A stretch of DNA of 64,000 nucleotides from Candidatus Buchananbacteria bacterium (lineage in GTDB: Bacteria > Patescibacteriota > Patescibacteriia > 2-01-FULL-39-33): positions 6,823-70,822 of the forward strand of contig CAISTG010000034.1 in NCBI GenBank assembly GCA_903888345.1, given 5' to 3'. Made by a program: the position numbers and the translations under genes. Numbering within the stretch: position 1 is the first letter of the stretch; every line of letters begins with the position of its first letter. Below the pieces are notes generated by a model. The model was not told the origin of the DNA. It did not search any database and worked only from the letters and a program-made list of their open reading frames with translations. Shown piece by piece: positions 63,972-64,000 of this stretch.

Positions 63972-64000
63972 AATATAGTTAGTTATAAGGTCTGTAAAGT

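Noticed and set aside
1-64000. CRISPR arrays, transposases, integrases
   Set aside because: No regularly spaced direct repeats of 25-40 nt with unique spacers were seen, and no ORF showed DDE, tyrosine-recombinase or serine-recombinase motifs.

Overview
AT-rich segment of a reduced bacterial genome with extreme minus-strand gene bias (inference only: consistent with a CPR/Patescibacteria-like organism). It is rich in membrane, secreted and pilin-like proteins, and the r-protein block runs rpsE directly to rplO with no L30 gene. Core genes recognised from motifs: thioredoxin-fold oxidoreductase, gatC-gatA, two sensor kinases, rpmG (51 aa, missed by the ORF track), tRNA-Thr(UGU), MiaB-family radical-SAM enzyme, dnaE, degenerate HtrA-like protein, queH, NUDIX hydrolase, rarA, a type IV pilus module (pilB, pilC, five prepilin-like genes) fused to a multi-component signalling operon, tRNA-Pro(CGG), SpoU methyltransferase, HU, typA, PBP5-like carboxypeptidase, recO, ruvX, map, adk, secY and rplO..rpsS. 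Four GC-rich islands (>50% GC by eye), each with near-consensus sigma70 promoters and strong Shine-Dalgarno sites, are candidate horizontally acquired or host-derived DNA: (i) 5.0-8.0 kb with an Aar-family reductase-like gene, a small membrane protein and a FadL-like outer-membrane beta-barrel; (ii) a single membrane-protein cassette at 23.85-24.6 kb; (iii) a single basic-protein cassette at 54.0-54.6 kb; (iv) a plus-strand block at 40.9-45.4 kb with three tandem paralogous membrane proteins and a NadR-like nucleotidyltransferase-kinase fusion translationally coupled to an HD hydrolase. Unexplained RNA-level structure includes a ~170-nt element duplicated on both sides of map, an ACAGGGUAAA motif with an upstream CCCUGU partner at the rplX, rpsC and map starts, two copies of a 52-nt nested hairpin inside the r-protein operon, and a tRNA 3'-half fragment next to tRNA-Pro. 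No CRISPR array, transposase or integrase gene was found.
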